Source: Camelus ferus
Taxonomy: Eukaryota
Assembly (NCBI RefSeq): GCF_009834535.1
Contig: NC_045698.1
Span: 11,222,001-11,286,000, forward strand
Direction: 5' to 3'
DNA length: 64,000 nucleotides
Under the pieces are notes generated by a model. It did not search any database, had not been told where the DNA came from, and was given only the letters and a program-made list of their open reading frames with translations. Made by a program: the position numbers and the translations under genes. Below are positions 1 through 12,349 of this stretch, piece by piece; position 1 is the first letter of the stretch; every line of letters starts with the position of its first letter.

Positions 1-39
1 AGCTTTGGTCTGGGGTCTGGTACAGAGGATGAGTGATTA

Positions 40-150
40 TGGTTCAAATGTCTTATAAGTTATTTACAAGCATTGTCCCATTTTACAGATGAAGAAACTG
101 AGGTACAGTGATGTTCAATAATTTCTTCAGGGTCCCAGAGCTAGTAGGGT
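40..150 (-). mobile_element. MIR SINE fragment
   Basis: Core cccattttacagatgaagaaactgaggtacag. Confidence 0.8.
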
Positions 151-1386
151 TTAAAAACACTATCTGTGGAACATGACTTGAATGAATGAATAAATGCATC
201 TTTATTAATGTAACATGTGCCTTCTAGAAATAATTGTTTTAGAGATTAAAAAAGAAAATCTTAGGATGGGTCAGCTAAAGAAAAAGTCATTAAATAGCAT
301 GTTTTCCTAGCTAAGGTGGAAGCTCTTTCGATCCTTTCATTCCCCCATCCCCAGCTGTTTAGCATATGTTTTTGTTTTTCAAACTTTTTTTTTTTTGTTC
401 CTAAAAACTCTCTAAATTCTGGGATCCTTGACAAAGCCTCACTGTTATGCCAGGTTGAAACTCAGCCACCCATATTTGCTCATTTTGCATCAGATTTACT
501 GTCCAGCAGAGGCAAAACTGAGGTCACTGAGTTAAAACTAGACTTCTACTTTACAGCATTATGTCTGGTGTAACGTTGAATTCAACAATTTATTACTCAA
601 TGTTGATAGGCTTTGGGGAGCGTGTTGTGTGATTTATTTGCTGTCAGAACTAAATGGTCAAGTTTTTAAAGTGAATGCTATTCTTCCCCCAAATAAGTTA
701 TCACTTTCAGAAATATTTTAAGCTGATTTTACTACACATTTTACCGTATGTATGTGTAAATCTGTGACTCTGGTCATTATAGAAGACCTGGGGCACAAGG
801 CAAAGGTGATGTTTTAATCTCAACTCAATAATAGTTTATGTGCAACGGGGATGGATATATACATATAAAGTTATATTTATATGACTTTCCTCCCAGTTGC
901 AAAATGTCTCTCTGACGTCTATCCATGTTCCATTTCCATGCAAGCCACGGAATAATTACTTAAATATGAATTTTTGAAGGCCAGTGCCATCAGAACCCTT
1001 CTTTGTTCATCTCTGAAGATTTTATTCTAATTTCTTTCTTTTCAAAAACTTAATTAGCTCCCTTTCCCCCTCTTTCTTTTGATATTGTTAATGTGTTACT
1101 TCTTTATCCATCATATGGAAATCAGTGAACTAGTGTGGATCACAAAACCCCCTTCTTAGCAGTAGTTTCTCAAGTTTCCCTGTTATAACTAATGGAATTA
1201 CCTACAAAATACATACGGTGAGAAAGAAGGATGAATACACAAGCAGAAGAATTGCGAGAAAGCCCATGTTCTTGACAGAGCATCCAGTGGCCTTGGGTCT
1301 TAGTAGACAGCCCGTCTGCACCTGTGTTTCTGGGTGGACACAGTACATGCATGGTGGAGAGCATCACGCTGAGTATTTGTGCTTAG

Positions 1387-1527
1387 AAAGCCTTGATGAA
1401 CATGAAAACGAAAATATGTGTGTATGTGCATGACTGGGACATTGTGCTGTACACCAGAGATGGACACATTGTAGCTGATGGTACTTCAATTAAAAAAAAA
1501 AAAGAAAAAAGAAAAAAGCCTTGATGA
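1387..1527 (+). mobile_element. Severely 5'-truncated young L1 (3' tip plus A tail) with 13-bp TSD
   Basis: L1 3' terminal gcatgactgggacattgtgctgtacaccag...cttcaatt plus A-rich tail; TSD aaagccttgatga at 1387-1399 and 1515-1527. Confidence 0.9.
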
Positions 1528-2359
1528 GTTGCATGATTTCCCTCTTAATTCTGTAAATCAGAAGGAATGGCTTTGGAAGCTGTCCTTAGAGAAGCCTGAA
1601 AGACAGGGTACCTCCTGGTGGTAGTAGATTCTGGCTAACATGTGGCCCGAGTAGCTGTTTTGTTTTCTGAACGTCCCTGTGGGGTTTCCCAAGCCAGGTT
1701 TGGGCTCAGCCAGCAAGTCTTCAGTGCTGTCGTCAGACATGATGATGCACAGATGAGATTCAGATGGCAGCTGTGGACCCTGCAGCTGTGGGTCCCAGTG
1801 ACTTCCCCAGCTGCTCGGCAGCTCATGAATAGAACTGTGAAGGACTGGCCAGAACTCAGTCCTCTGTGTTCAAAGGAGAAGCCAAGATGGGTACTTCATT
1901 CACCATCCTGAGTCCATGCTATGTTTTTTCCTTCAAGGATGGATCTAAACTTGCAACATGTTCTCAGATATCTTTGATCTTGAGAGTCAATAGTGGTATG
2001 AAGACATGCATGGAAGAGGCAGGTGGCAGAGTGGGAAGTCACTGAGTCCCAGCTGGGCCTGATCTCTAGGGTGAAGAGGAAAAACAAGAGTTTGAGAATT
2101 GCACAGACGCGGAGGGAGTACAAAAGAAAAGATGGACATGTGTGGGAGGGACTGGAGTCTGTTCTCTGGTTGCTTCTGGGTGCAGGCAAGATTCAGAGAA
2201 CCTCCTATCTTCAACCACTGAGACACGCAGGCTTGGCAACATTTGCCCTTCTGAGCACTTGAAACGATTATCTGGGGGCCTTCTGTGACTGATCCATCTG
2301 CCTCACCCTGACTGTCCAACCACAGACTCCTGGTGTTTCTACTGGACTTGCATCTCTCA

Positions 2360-2940
2360 GAGCTATTCCTCTCCACCCACCACTGCTACTTTCAGTAGCA
2401 TCTTTTTAACCAGTCTCACTGCCTCCAGTTTTACCCTTTTCCGTCCAATATCTACACTGCAGCTCAGTCTACTTTACTGCAATCTGATATGCCCTCAGCT
2501 TGTTCAAACCCTTCCAAGGTGCCTCACTGCTCTCTGGATATAGTCCACGTTCCTCCCGGATCTGTGAGACTTCAAGATTGACCACCATCTCCCACTTCCC
2601 TTCATTCTTCCATCTCCTCTGGCCCCGTTAGATTATCCGTGGTTCCCAAATGCTCAGGGTTCTCTTTCACTTCTGGATTCTTCGCTCTGCTTGGGATGTG
2701 CATTCACCATTGTCTAAATTTCCAGATCGCCATCCCCCTCACAGCCTAGTTTGAGCTGGGTGGACCTACGGTGAATTCCGGAGCACCTTGTCTTTATACC
2801 TAGCTTCTGTAGAGACGGCTATGCTTACTGGGTGAGTCTTCCACGGACTGTAAGTATCTTGAGATTAGAGAGGCTGTTGCTCTTACATTCCCAGCTCCTA
2901 ATGTCTGCTTATTAAAGCAGGGACCAAATCAATACGTGTT
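2360..2940 (+). mobile_element. L2 LINE 3' fragment
   Basis: Degenerate L2-like ccagtctcactgcctccag...atctgatatgccctcagcttgttcaaacccttccaagg. Confidence 0.65.
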
Positions 2941-3619
2941 ACGTAAAGTAATGAGGTGGGTCGCTTTGTTTGGGGAGGTGCTTCTAGCTAACCCAACAGT
3001 TGTTTTATTGTTGTACTTCCTGCCTCTTTTCCCGTCTATCTTTGCAGCATGAAGACTTCTGTAAAGAAGGCAGATTTTTCATTGTGTGAGTGAGTCTTGG
3101 ACCACCCTGACCACAGCTTGCCCTTTTTATTCCCTTTGTGTGTCAAAGACTCGAACCTGGTTTTCCAGGGGCTCACCATCTCCCCGGATCTGAATGATGG
3201 TGACACCATTTTGTCCATAAGTGGCAGCAGGTTGTGATGACTCTCAGTTAAGACTGGGGAATTTTACAGGTCCTGGGGTGAGGCGTGAAAGTGCAAGTTT
3301 CACCTTCTAAAATGGAAAGAATTTCCTTGTTAAGAGCGAGGACAAAGGGGAAGGCTCAGAGTAGCAGAAGGCTTGGGAGTAGACCAGAGCTGACTCTGGA
3401 AGTGTCAGCTTCCCTTTCTGCCTCCACTTGGCAGGGTCAGGAGCTCAATGACATCAGTCTCCTTTGCCCCAGGCCTTGTGATGTGAGTCTTGAGATTTGT
3501 GAGGAATGAGATTGGCCCCGTACTTAGCCATCTGCCTACTGTGGAAGGAGGGCCCCCTGAGGGCCCCTGCACTGAAGGCATCTCAGAGGCTCATAGAAAT
3601 ATTTAGTGTCGACAGGTGC

Positions 3620-3730
3620 TCATTGAATGTCTACTGTGTCCGTGATCCGAGGAAACTGCAGCTCAGAGAACCTAAATCCCTTAGCTAGAAAATTCTAGAA
3701 CTTGGACTAGAGTCTAGGTCTTCTCTCTGT
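3620..3730 (-). mobile_element. MIR fragment
   Basis: gaggaaactgcagctcagaga...ggactagagtctaggtc resembles the MIR core/head. Confidence 0.55.
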
Positions 3731-3789
3731 TCATCCTCTTCTCCAATTTGATATAGTCCACCTCCAAACTTGATTCTTACTCATTTTTT

Positions 3790-3970
3790 TAATGATGGCA
3801 CAGGATAACAGAAGAAATTTGGAATCAAATGGACTTGGTTCTGCTCTGGGATGGAATTCAGTTCTCTGAGCTTATAAATAAGATAGTAAGACTTGGATCA
3901 TAAGATTGTTGTGAAGATTAGATTAGATTTTTAATACCAAATCCCTAGCACACCGCCTGACACCATCACA
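3790..3970 (+). mobile_element. MIR fragment
   Basis: cataagattgttgtgaagatta...cctagcacaccgcctgacac matches the MIR 3' half. Confidence 0.65.
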
Positions 3971-5117
3971 GGTATTTTTTCCTCTTATGTTTAGAATGCC
4001 TAAAATCCACACTATTTAGCCAGTTACGTTCAGGCTACCCACTTAAAACTCCAGTACCCCTGAAAACTTTGTGGTCATGGTGTCTTACTCGCCCCTGCGG
4101 CTTGTTTCGGAGTAGCTGATTTAGAGACCCCAGTCATCAGAGGGAAGACAACATCTGTCTGCCCATCTAGTCCAAGCCCTTAGTCTCTGTTTTCTTGTTT
4201 TCTACGTAGATTAACCTGACATTCACTCCTAACATTTAGCTTAGCTTAACCACATAGAAGGAAAAAAAATTATTAGTGAGAGATTATCTTATTATTTGGA
4301 GACATTTACAGCTAATACTATGCTTCCTTTGCATTTTAGCCTAGAGCTAAACTTTTATTTGTACTTGACAATGAAATCTCAAAAGAGTGCTGATGAATGA
4401 CAGATTCTGGCACAAAACATGCTTATTCAAACACAAGGGCAGTGTCTTCTCCATGATGCTGCTGCATGATTAGCATTTGGTTGAACACTGGGAAGTATTG
4501 AAGGGTAAGCAGTGAAACCAGTCTCCTGTTAGAACAACAATGCAGGCAAACACTGGAAATGTTAGAGCTTTTCGAATGAGAAATCACTGACTGAAGGCTA
4601 GTTAGCGGCGCTGGAATCCAGCTGGTGAACATTTGCTCATCGTCCTGATGCCTTATGTGGTTCTTCCTCGCTCCCACTCTCCACAGACGCTTCTGTCACT
4701 TGCCTCTCCCTTGGAGATAAGCCGACTTTAGTCTTCCCCTGCTCAGTGTGGAATTCTCATTAAGTTTTCTGGCGCAGAGATTTCGATTAGCAGTTTATAA
4801 ACTGATTTTCCCAAGAGTTTTCTAAGAGGTTAAATCGGGAGGAGACAGACATAGAGACTTGCAGGTTTTGTTACTGTTGTTATTTGTTCAATTAGAACAA
4901 ATACTCTTTCTGCTTTTTATTGGAGGTTTGTGAATTTTCCCTCTTTATGCTAAATCTATGTTATTTCTCTACTATGTTTGTGGGCAGCTCACTATGACAC
5001 TGTACGCTATAGAGAACAACTCAGTATGAGTAACTCTATCTTGGGCACCATCTGATGAGATTTAGTTACTCCATGCTGATCACCAATCTTGCGGCGTCAT
5101 CCCCAAGAAATGCTTAT

Positions 5118-5204
5118 AATTAGGTCAAACCATGTGAAATGGTTGATTTTGACTGTTGTTTTTTTACCTACAAAAATGGTAATTTTTTCAAATAACAGAT
5201 AATA
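5118..5204. mobile_element. Mariner-derived MITE (MADE2-like), degenerate palindrome
   Basis: attaggtcaaaccatgtgaaat...ttttacctacaaaaatggtaattt resembles the recalled ~80-bp TA-flanked MADE2 consensus. Confidence 0.55.
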
Positions 5205-5993
5205 TTAAAAGTGCAGTCCATTCATTTTTTTTCCTTAAGATAAATTATGTTGTCTGGTGTCTATAATATGTCCTATATATATTAGACACCAAATATTTAT
5301 TTGTTGGTGGGCTAATGGGCCTGGTGTTGACCTCAGTGACACTCATTAGGTAGGTTTTAAGGCCTCCATGTCCACCTCTCCACCACACAGTGGATGTAAA
5401 GCATCATGAGGTGGAGATGGCTACACAGGAGGTTTAATGTCTTGGTTGTATACAATGAGGGGACATATACTGGGTCAAGGAGGTCAAGAATTTCATCAGG
5501 CATTTGAAAAGTAAACAGTTGAAAAGGTTAAAAGTGTATCTGTTCTGATCTTGGGCGGTCAAGCCAGTAAATTTAACAACCACTCTTAGAAATGGTGCTT
5601 CTAGTCCTGACTTGGTGTTGAGGGAGGTGCACTTTGCATGAAGGCTGAGACAGCTCCTTGGCCACTCACCGGACAGTCTAGATTCCTGATGCAGGTAATT
5701 CAGGGAAAGGGACAGGAGCATGAATTGCTATCCTCAGCTCACACCGGGGATGGAGATTGAATGGTGTAGTGCATCTGTGGGCTCTGCCTTGGATAATGAT
5801 GCTGAGGATGGGCTTAAGGGGTCTAAAGAGACTGATGCTGGAGAAGGGGCAGGTGCAAAATAGACTCGCAGGTGGCCTTGGACGTGTTCCAGAATTCTGG
5901 TTTTCAGAAGTTTAGACTGGCCTTTTCCATAATAATCTGGACTGTGACACCCTATATTCCAGCTGCTGCTGACAAAAAATGCTTTTTGTATGT

Positions 5994-6108
5994 TACAAAA
6001 GTTCTTTATTATTTTTTAATTTTTTAAAATTTTTATTTTTTGAACTTTTTTTATTGAGTTATAGTCATTTTACAATGCTGTGTCAAATTCCAGTGTACAA
6101 AAGTTCTT
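5994..6108 (-). mobile_element. Very short young L1 3' tip with 13-bp TSD
   Basis: T-rich tail then ttatagtcattttacaatgctgtgtcaaattccagtg, the reverse complement of the 3' end of the L1 at 61566-62650; TSD tacaaaagttctt at 5994-6006 and 6096-6108. Confidence 0.9.
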
Positions 6109-6864
6109 GATTGCAGTGGAAATGCTGTGTCTCTCCCCTCATGCTCCGTGTCCATCCCCACCGCTAACTTCACTAACTTTGTCAAGCTCCTGCCTGGATC
6201 TGCGCACGTGGAGGGGCGATCTTGGTCAGTCTTTACATGTTAAAAATACACCTGCATGTAAAAAGGAGTCCACTGTGACTTTGTTGTTTTCATTTCTGAT
6301 TCCGTAGAGCATTGTCTAGAAACTAGACCAAAGCAGTAACTTTATCCTGAGGGTGTAGTCTTTTTGCCAGCTGCAGGGTAGGAGAGGCTGTGATCCCGGG
6401 GCAGGTAGGAAGATAGGGATGCCCGTGCAGTGAGAAAGTCCCCATAAAAACAAATTGGTATATCCCCATGATGTCCATAAAAGTCAGTTGCGATGATTAC
6501 ATTTTACGTGCCAAATGCCTGTAACTGGTAGCAACGTTCCAAGTGGGGAGGGGTCCCTGAAACCTGGAGAAAGCTGTTGTGGGAGAATTGATCATGGAGT
6601 AGGGTCATATTTAGGAAGGGAAGACATGCTGTTCCAGCTGAGCAAAAGCATTAGAATGAGGCAGGAGGTAGCGCTGCCCGTGGTGAGGTGGGGAAATTAC
6701 AGGCAGATCTGAACCGTCAGTACAGGGACAGAACCATGTAGAAAGAAAGATCTAGTCTGATTCTTTGAACAGATTATTACTACCAAATAAATTGCTTGGA
6801 CAAAGTGCTGATCTAGAATCTTGATTTTGAAGTGTTATGCAATTGTATTAATTTACACTTTCAG

Positions 6865-7072
6865 AACAGTATTAATTGGTCACATTTACTGAGCGCTTAC
6901 TCTGTGCCAAGTGTAGAACTAGATGCTTTATATACATTAATTCACGGAAGACCCAGCGCTCTGGGACCCCATTTTATAAATAAGGAAACTAAGACAGAGA
7001 GTTAAGTATCATTTCAAAGTCAAGGAGGTGATAAGTGACAAGGAATTCAAATCCAAGTGCACTGATTCCAGC
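6865..7072 (-). mobile_element. MIR (near full length)
   Basis: catttactgagcgcttactctgtgccaag...cccattttataaataaggaaactaag...ggaattcaaatccaag. Confidence 0.85.
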
Positions 7073-7109
7073 ATTTGGGCTTTTCCCCAAGAGGCTGTAA
7101 TAAATATCT

Positions 7110-7300
7110 AAGGATACAATGTAGTGTGGTGACGGAGGTCACTGATGCCTGGTGCTTTCACCTACAAGCCTTGGGAAGGATACACAATCTATGCCTTAGT
7201 TTTCTCGCGTGGACCAGTGGGATAGTAACATGGGTCCTATCTCATGGGATGGCCATGAGGATTTGGTGGAATAACCAGACGGCAGACCATGCTCAGTAGG
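7110..7300 (+). mobile_element. MIR (divergent from the preceding copy)
   Basis: atgtagtgtggtg...ccttgggaag...gtgggatagtaac...ctatctcatgggatggccatgaggatt. Confidence 0.65.
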
Positions 7301-8338
7301 GACTGGATGCTATGAGAGCTTGGGGAGCATCTCAGCCCTAACCTTGCATGACAGAAGAAAGAGCGGAGGCTCAGTGATATTAAATGGTTTGTTGAGATAC
7401 AAAGTTGGGATTAGAATGAAACGCTTGTCTGTGAGAACAGGGGCTCTTGTCTCAACAGCATAAAACCCGCTAAATCAGGATGTATGGTCATGCCAATATG
7501 GGCTGAGGGTTGCTTTTGAAATAACTAAGACAGATGCATGTTAAAGTAATTTCTGGTGCTTGTGGATAGATAAATCATTTCATTTTGTGTAGTGTGAAAA
7601 TGTGTGTGTGGCGAGAGAGCTTGTTTTGTTTTTTTAATTAGATAACTAAGTCTACAGAAGGAGTTATTAATTCTTCACGTCTGTATTTTTAAATATGTTT
7701 CTTCCCAAACTAAAATAAAGATGGATGTCAACTTTCGGATACGAAATTTTACATACTATATATCGCTATTCCTAATCCATCTTTTGTATGCTGAATTTAT
7801 TCCACAACATACAAGCTGTCTCAGTGATTATTCATTTTTTTCTAATCCCATTCTGATGGCCCTCTTCGGTTTCAGAGACACCATGAAATCAGGCTCCAGG
7901 GGTGAGGTCATTCCCTCTGCTGCCCTGGCGTCCCTCCCCATCCTGTGGCTGGAGAGGGCTGGGCTGGATGTGAGCAAAGCTGGTGAGGCTGAATACCTGA
8001 CTTCTGTTGTGGCACAGGGGGAAGGCAGATTGACCAGACTCCCATTCGAGATGCCGATTAAGTTCCATACAGAGATGAGAATGCCGGGGGCTGCCCTAGG
8101 AAATGCCCAGGCTTTGGTACCAGTGTCTACTCAAGTGTGTCATCTCCAGGGTCTTACTCCCCTCTCTCTCCCCCAGCGAGAAGAGGACACTTCCTCTCAG
8201 CGTCTACCCTTTCTCCCTACTCCATCCCAAGGCTTTCATCCACTAAGCAGGATCAGAAGGGCAGTGCTTCCGTGGACCAGAATAAGAGAATGATCTACTC
8301 CCAACCCCCAGCAGTCTGGGTACAGAATTCCCTCTAAC

Positions 8339-8495
8339 GGGACCAGCTCTGTGAGTTTTCTGCCCAGTGTTCAAAAGGGCTCCATGCTTGGTTTAGTGTT
8401 CTGCTGTTGCCCTCTTGAAATTCTTAATTGTTTCTTAATAAGGGCTCCACATTTTTGTTTTGCTCTGGGGCCCACAGATTAAACAGACAGCCATT
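8339..8495. mobile_element. hAT MITE (MER91-like)
   Basis: tgcttggtttagtgttctgctgttgccctcttgaaattcttaat...gggctccacatttttgttttgctctggggcccacagatt matches the recalled MER91 consensus. Confidence 0.75.
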
Positions 8496-8559
8496 CCTGC
8501 CCCCTAACAACATGGTCTGCTCCTTGACTTGCATGTGTTTACTTTCAAAGACAAGTTCC

Positions 8560-9430
8560 AGGATACATTAGGTAAGAAGGCAGCGGACTGCTTGTGTTAA
8601 TTTAAGGAGACGTGGAATTGCTGGGATAAAAGGATGTAAATCATATCAAGGCTTTTGATGTGCCTGTTTCCAGACACTTTAAAGTGCTTGTATCTATTTA
8701 TTCTTGCAGCCGTGCATTGGATTTCCCCACCAAAACAAACCATTTTGCAAATGTGTGGATTGTAAGTGGCATCTTCTTGTTTTGTTTTGCCTTTCTTTAT
8801 GAGTGAGTTAGCCTGTGTTTCCAGTTCTGTTACAGCATTTGTGTTTCTTCTTTGGTGAATAGCCTATTGTGGCTCATATTCTAGTCTTAGGGTCTTTCAA
8901 GTGATGTCTGTGAGTTCTTTGGACAATAAAGACAGTTGCCCCTTGTGATTTTTTTTTTTTTCTCCTTAAAGGGTTGTTCGGCTTCGATTACATTTGTTGC
9001 TATTTGTTTATTTTTGTTATATAGAAATCTAAGATTTTTTTCATGGTTGAATCTTTTGATAATTTTCTTGGCACTTTCTATTGTTAGTTTTAGGTTAATA
9101 GACTTCTGCCTTCTAGACATTCGATAAATATTTAGTTCTGTTTTCTTTTGAATTTGTGTATTTTGAATTTTATACTTTATTTTTGAGTATGATGAAGATA
9201 TGATTTTTTAAAAAAAATAGATACCTAATTGTTCCAGTATCAGTTGTTAATTTTTCCCTTTTCACTGACATTCAGGGTTACCTTTCTGTCTTCACTGTTT
9301 ACATATGAATTTATCTCTGGGCTCTCCATTCTGCTTCACTGGAGTTTCTGTCCTATCTGTAGCACCCTGACTTAACTGATGTACCTTTATATGCCATGAA
9401 TGGTGTAGGACTGGTCCATTTCAATCTTCT
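8560..9430 (-). mobile_element. Ancient L1 (L1ME-like) ORF2/3' fragment
   Basis: T-rich antisense L1 motifs, e.g. ggaattgctgggataaaagg, ttcttctttggtgaatagccta, ctctgggctctccattctg. Confidence 0.65.
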
Positions 9431-9700
9431 TGCAATTTTGGTGCACATTTAATGATTACTATGTCCAAGTGGTAAAATAAAAGCTTAATCAACTTGCCCT
9501 CAAAAACATCGCACTATGCAAACAACATTGAAATGAATCAGCATTGTTTCCTTTCTGTCAAATATTGTAAATATATGAAACCTTCTTTTGATGGCAACTC
9601 CTGTGGTAAATCAAAGCACAGACTCAGGAGTTAAGATTAAGTGCCAGGGTCTCCAGGCACTTGCCAGCCTTCGAAAGTAAGAATAAAATGGGGACTTTTC

Positions 9701-9718
9701 AAAAAAAAAAAAAAAAAA
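9701..9718 (+). repeat. Poly(A)18
   Basis: Direct reading. Confidence 0.95.
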
Positions 9719-10016
9719 GCGTCTCCTCCTCCTCCTTCTAGCTAGCTTTATTTTCTGGTCTGTTTCTGTATCTGCTTTTCTCTTAACCACTATCAGATTT
9801 CTACTTGGAAATAAATTACTTTAAGTAGTTTGTCCTATGAATTTAAAGTATACAAGTGGCATTTCTCTCAGGCGTTCAACATTCAGGCTCTTTACTAAAT
9901 CATTGTTTCCTATTGATGATCTGTGTTGTTTATTTTTCTGTATTTGAAGATACAAGTTTTGTCATTTGAATAAAGTAAACAGGCAAAGTCTGTGTTTACT
10001 TGATAACTATTACCTT

Positions 10017-10320
10017 GTTCATTCAACAAGTCTTTATTGAGTGTCTACAAGCAGCTGGTCCTGTGGGCAGCAGTGATCTCGACAGACAGAGTCCTTTTCT
10101 GGGGACCCTCAGAGTGCATTCCAGGAGGAGAGCAGTGGCTTTGTGTCCCTGAGTCTTATGGGCCATAAGAGAAAGATTGGCTTAAGCCAGAACCCAACAG
10201 GAAACTGTTAGGGGGTTTTAAACTGGGCTGGTGACATGATCTGGTGATGTATCAGTGTTGGTGACATTTGGGAAGGATGGAGTGATGGGGTAGAGGGGTG
10301 ACAAAGGCAGGGGGAATACA
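10017..10320 (-). mobile_element. L2 3' end
   Basis: ttcattcaacaagtctttattgagtgtctac terminus and ggggttttaaactgggctggtgacatgatctg. Confidence 0.75.
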
Positions 10321-10857
10321 CATAGGCCAAAATATTTAATTCCATCTCTTTATTATAAAAGATAGAAATCTTGAGGCAGGCAAGATTTTTCTGGGTGTCT
10401 CAAACCATACATCTGAAAACACTTCCCTAGATAGAGTCACATTGAGACAAAACATCATCACAAATGCCTAAAATTTTTACTTCTTTTTTTTTTTTTACAT
10501 TGAAGTACAGTCAGTTACGATGTGTCAGTTTCTGGTGTACAGCACAATGTCCCAGTCATGCATATACATACATATGTTCATTTTCATAATCTTTTCTGTT
10601 AAAGGTTATTACAAGATATTGAATATAGTTCCCTGTGCTATACAGAAGAAATTTTTTTTAAAATCTATTTTATATATAGTGGGTAACATTTGCAAATCTC
10701 AAAATGGGCAGAAGACCTAAACAAGCAATTCTCCAATGAAGACATATAAATGGCCAATAGGCACATGAAAAAATGCTCAATATTGCTAATTAGCAAAGAA
10801 ATACAAATAAAAACTACAATGAGGTATCACCTTACAACCAGTCAGAATGGCCATCAT

Positions 10858-11007
10858 NNNNNNNNNNNNNNNNNNNNNNNNNNNNNNNNNNNNNNNNNNN
10901 NNNNNNNNNNNNNNNNNNNNNNNNNNNNNNNNNNNNNNNNNNNNNNNNNNNNNNNNNNNNNNNNNNNNNNNNNNNNNNNNNNNNNNNNNNNNNNNNNNNN
11001 NNNNNNN
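10858..11007. other. N-run (150 nt) inside L1 ORF2
   Basis: Direct reading. Confidence 0.95.
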
Positions 11008-11066
11008 CCAGTCCCACTCCTGGGCATGTATCTGGAGGGAGCTCTAATTGGAAAATATACATGCAC

Positions 11067-11288
11067 NNNNNNNNNNNNNNNNNNNNNNNNNNNNNNNNNN
11101 NNNNNNNNNNNNNNNNNNNNNNNNNNNNNNNNNNNNNNNNNNNNNNNNNNNNNNNNNNNNNNNNNNNNNNNNNNNNNNNNNNNNNNNNNNNNNNNNNNNN
11201 NNNNNNNNNNNNNNNNNNNNNNNNNNNNNNNNNNNNNNNNNNNNNNNNNNNNNNNNNNNNNNNNNNNNNNNNNNNNNNNNNNNNNNNN
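11067..11288. other. N-run (222 nt) inside L1 ORF2
   Basis: Direct reading. Confidence 0.95.
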
Positions 11289-12349
11289 TGATATCACTCA
11301 TATGCGGAATCTAAATTTTTTTTACTTTCTATTTCTGTGAGTTAAAGCCCTGTAAATGGCATTTCAGTAAAGTCTTTATGGACATACATCGTAAGCACAC
11401 CCTAGAATCTGAGCTCACAAAATGTATTCATCCAATGCAGCTCGATTTTTGGGATGCGTATAGTAATTTTCCAAGAAGGTGACTGAAGAGGGCCTGGAGT
11501 TGAGAAAGACATTGATGCATAGCCTGAAACGTTAGATGCCTGTGACCTGGTCTTCCTTCAGACAAAATGGGATAGTCAGAATGTCAGTGCCACCTTCATG
11601 GATGAAACAATGCCTTTTTGCTAGAAGAGTCTGGGAAAAGCATCCTAGGGGATTTTATAGTTATTAACCAAGTATCTGTTCATCAAGGATGAGAATGAGG
11701 AGAGAAGCAGCAGCTATTGGTGGAGTATTTGATCTCTTCTGGCTAAAAGGCAAAGCTATTATATTTTCAAAAGGGAGGAGAGATTAGCTCCTAAGTTGCT
11801 ATATTCAAGAACTATTCCAGTTTCAGGCAAGATTTATTTTGCTTAATGTATCTTGTTTTATGGAAGCCAGACCTTTCCCTTCACTGGCCTCTGCAAACCT
11901 TAAGTTAGGTTATGACCCCAATTTATATGATAAAAGGGCTGTAAATGCAAAATTTAGGGAGAGCGATTCTTTTTAATGCATAAAGCTTTGAAAAATACAA
12001 CATAGATTATAGGTGGAAGCTGAATTAAAGTTGTTAAAAGAAGAAAGACCTACCAAGTCATCTGTTCATTGCCCAGAGCAAATTAAACTATTTTCCAGAG
12101 TCTGGGAGCCTTATCAGATTTATCATGTGCTGTATATACAGATTCTTATTTTTACTTGGTTGTGTGTGTGTTTTTTTAAACATTGCCATTCATCACTGTT
12201 AAAATTATTACTTTAAACTTATTTCACCTTTCACAGAGTCAGTCTCTACAGGAAGAAAGTGCTGCTTTCACATGGAAAAAGTATCTTACCTTTAGGATGA
12301 ATTTTGTTCCCTTGAATTCTAAGTTGTATCTTTGTTAAGCATACGTTTC

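Larger units (their letters stand above)
10468..11330 (-). mobile_element. Young L1 with 5' inversion (twin-priming structure) and TSD
   Basis: 10485-10702 is the antisense 3'UTR plus poly(T); 10703-11315 is the sense ORF2 C-terminus ([20 protein letters not shown]; P(V)PLLGMY). TSD ctaaaatttttacttct (10468-10484) vs ctaaattttttttactttct (11311-11330). Confidence 0.88.

Noticed and set aside
3687-3701. Perfect heat-shock element aGAAaaTTCtaGAAc
   Set aside because: About one such match is expected by chance in 64 kb of AT-rich DNA, and it lies in a MIR relic.
5860-5876. CTCF-like motifs (5862-5875, 2026-2040, 502-514)
   Set aside because: Each has two or more mismatches at core positions.
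6865-7300. Inverted MIR pairs (also 50965-51392) as dsRNA formers
   Set aside because: The copies are too diverged to pair stably.
7721-8293. Longest N-free ORF (190 aa)
   Set aside because: No recognisable domain, composition changes abruptly along it, no supporting exon structure; a chance ORF in an intron.
10750-11340. 196-aa and other X-rich ORFs (also 30633-30966, 61788-62271)
   Set aside because: Truncated L1 ORF2 C-termini extended artificially through N-runs; not genes.
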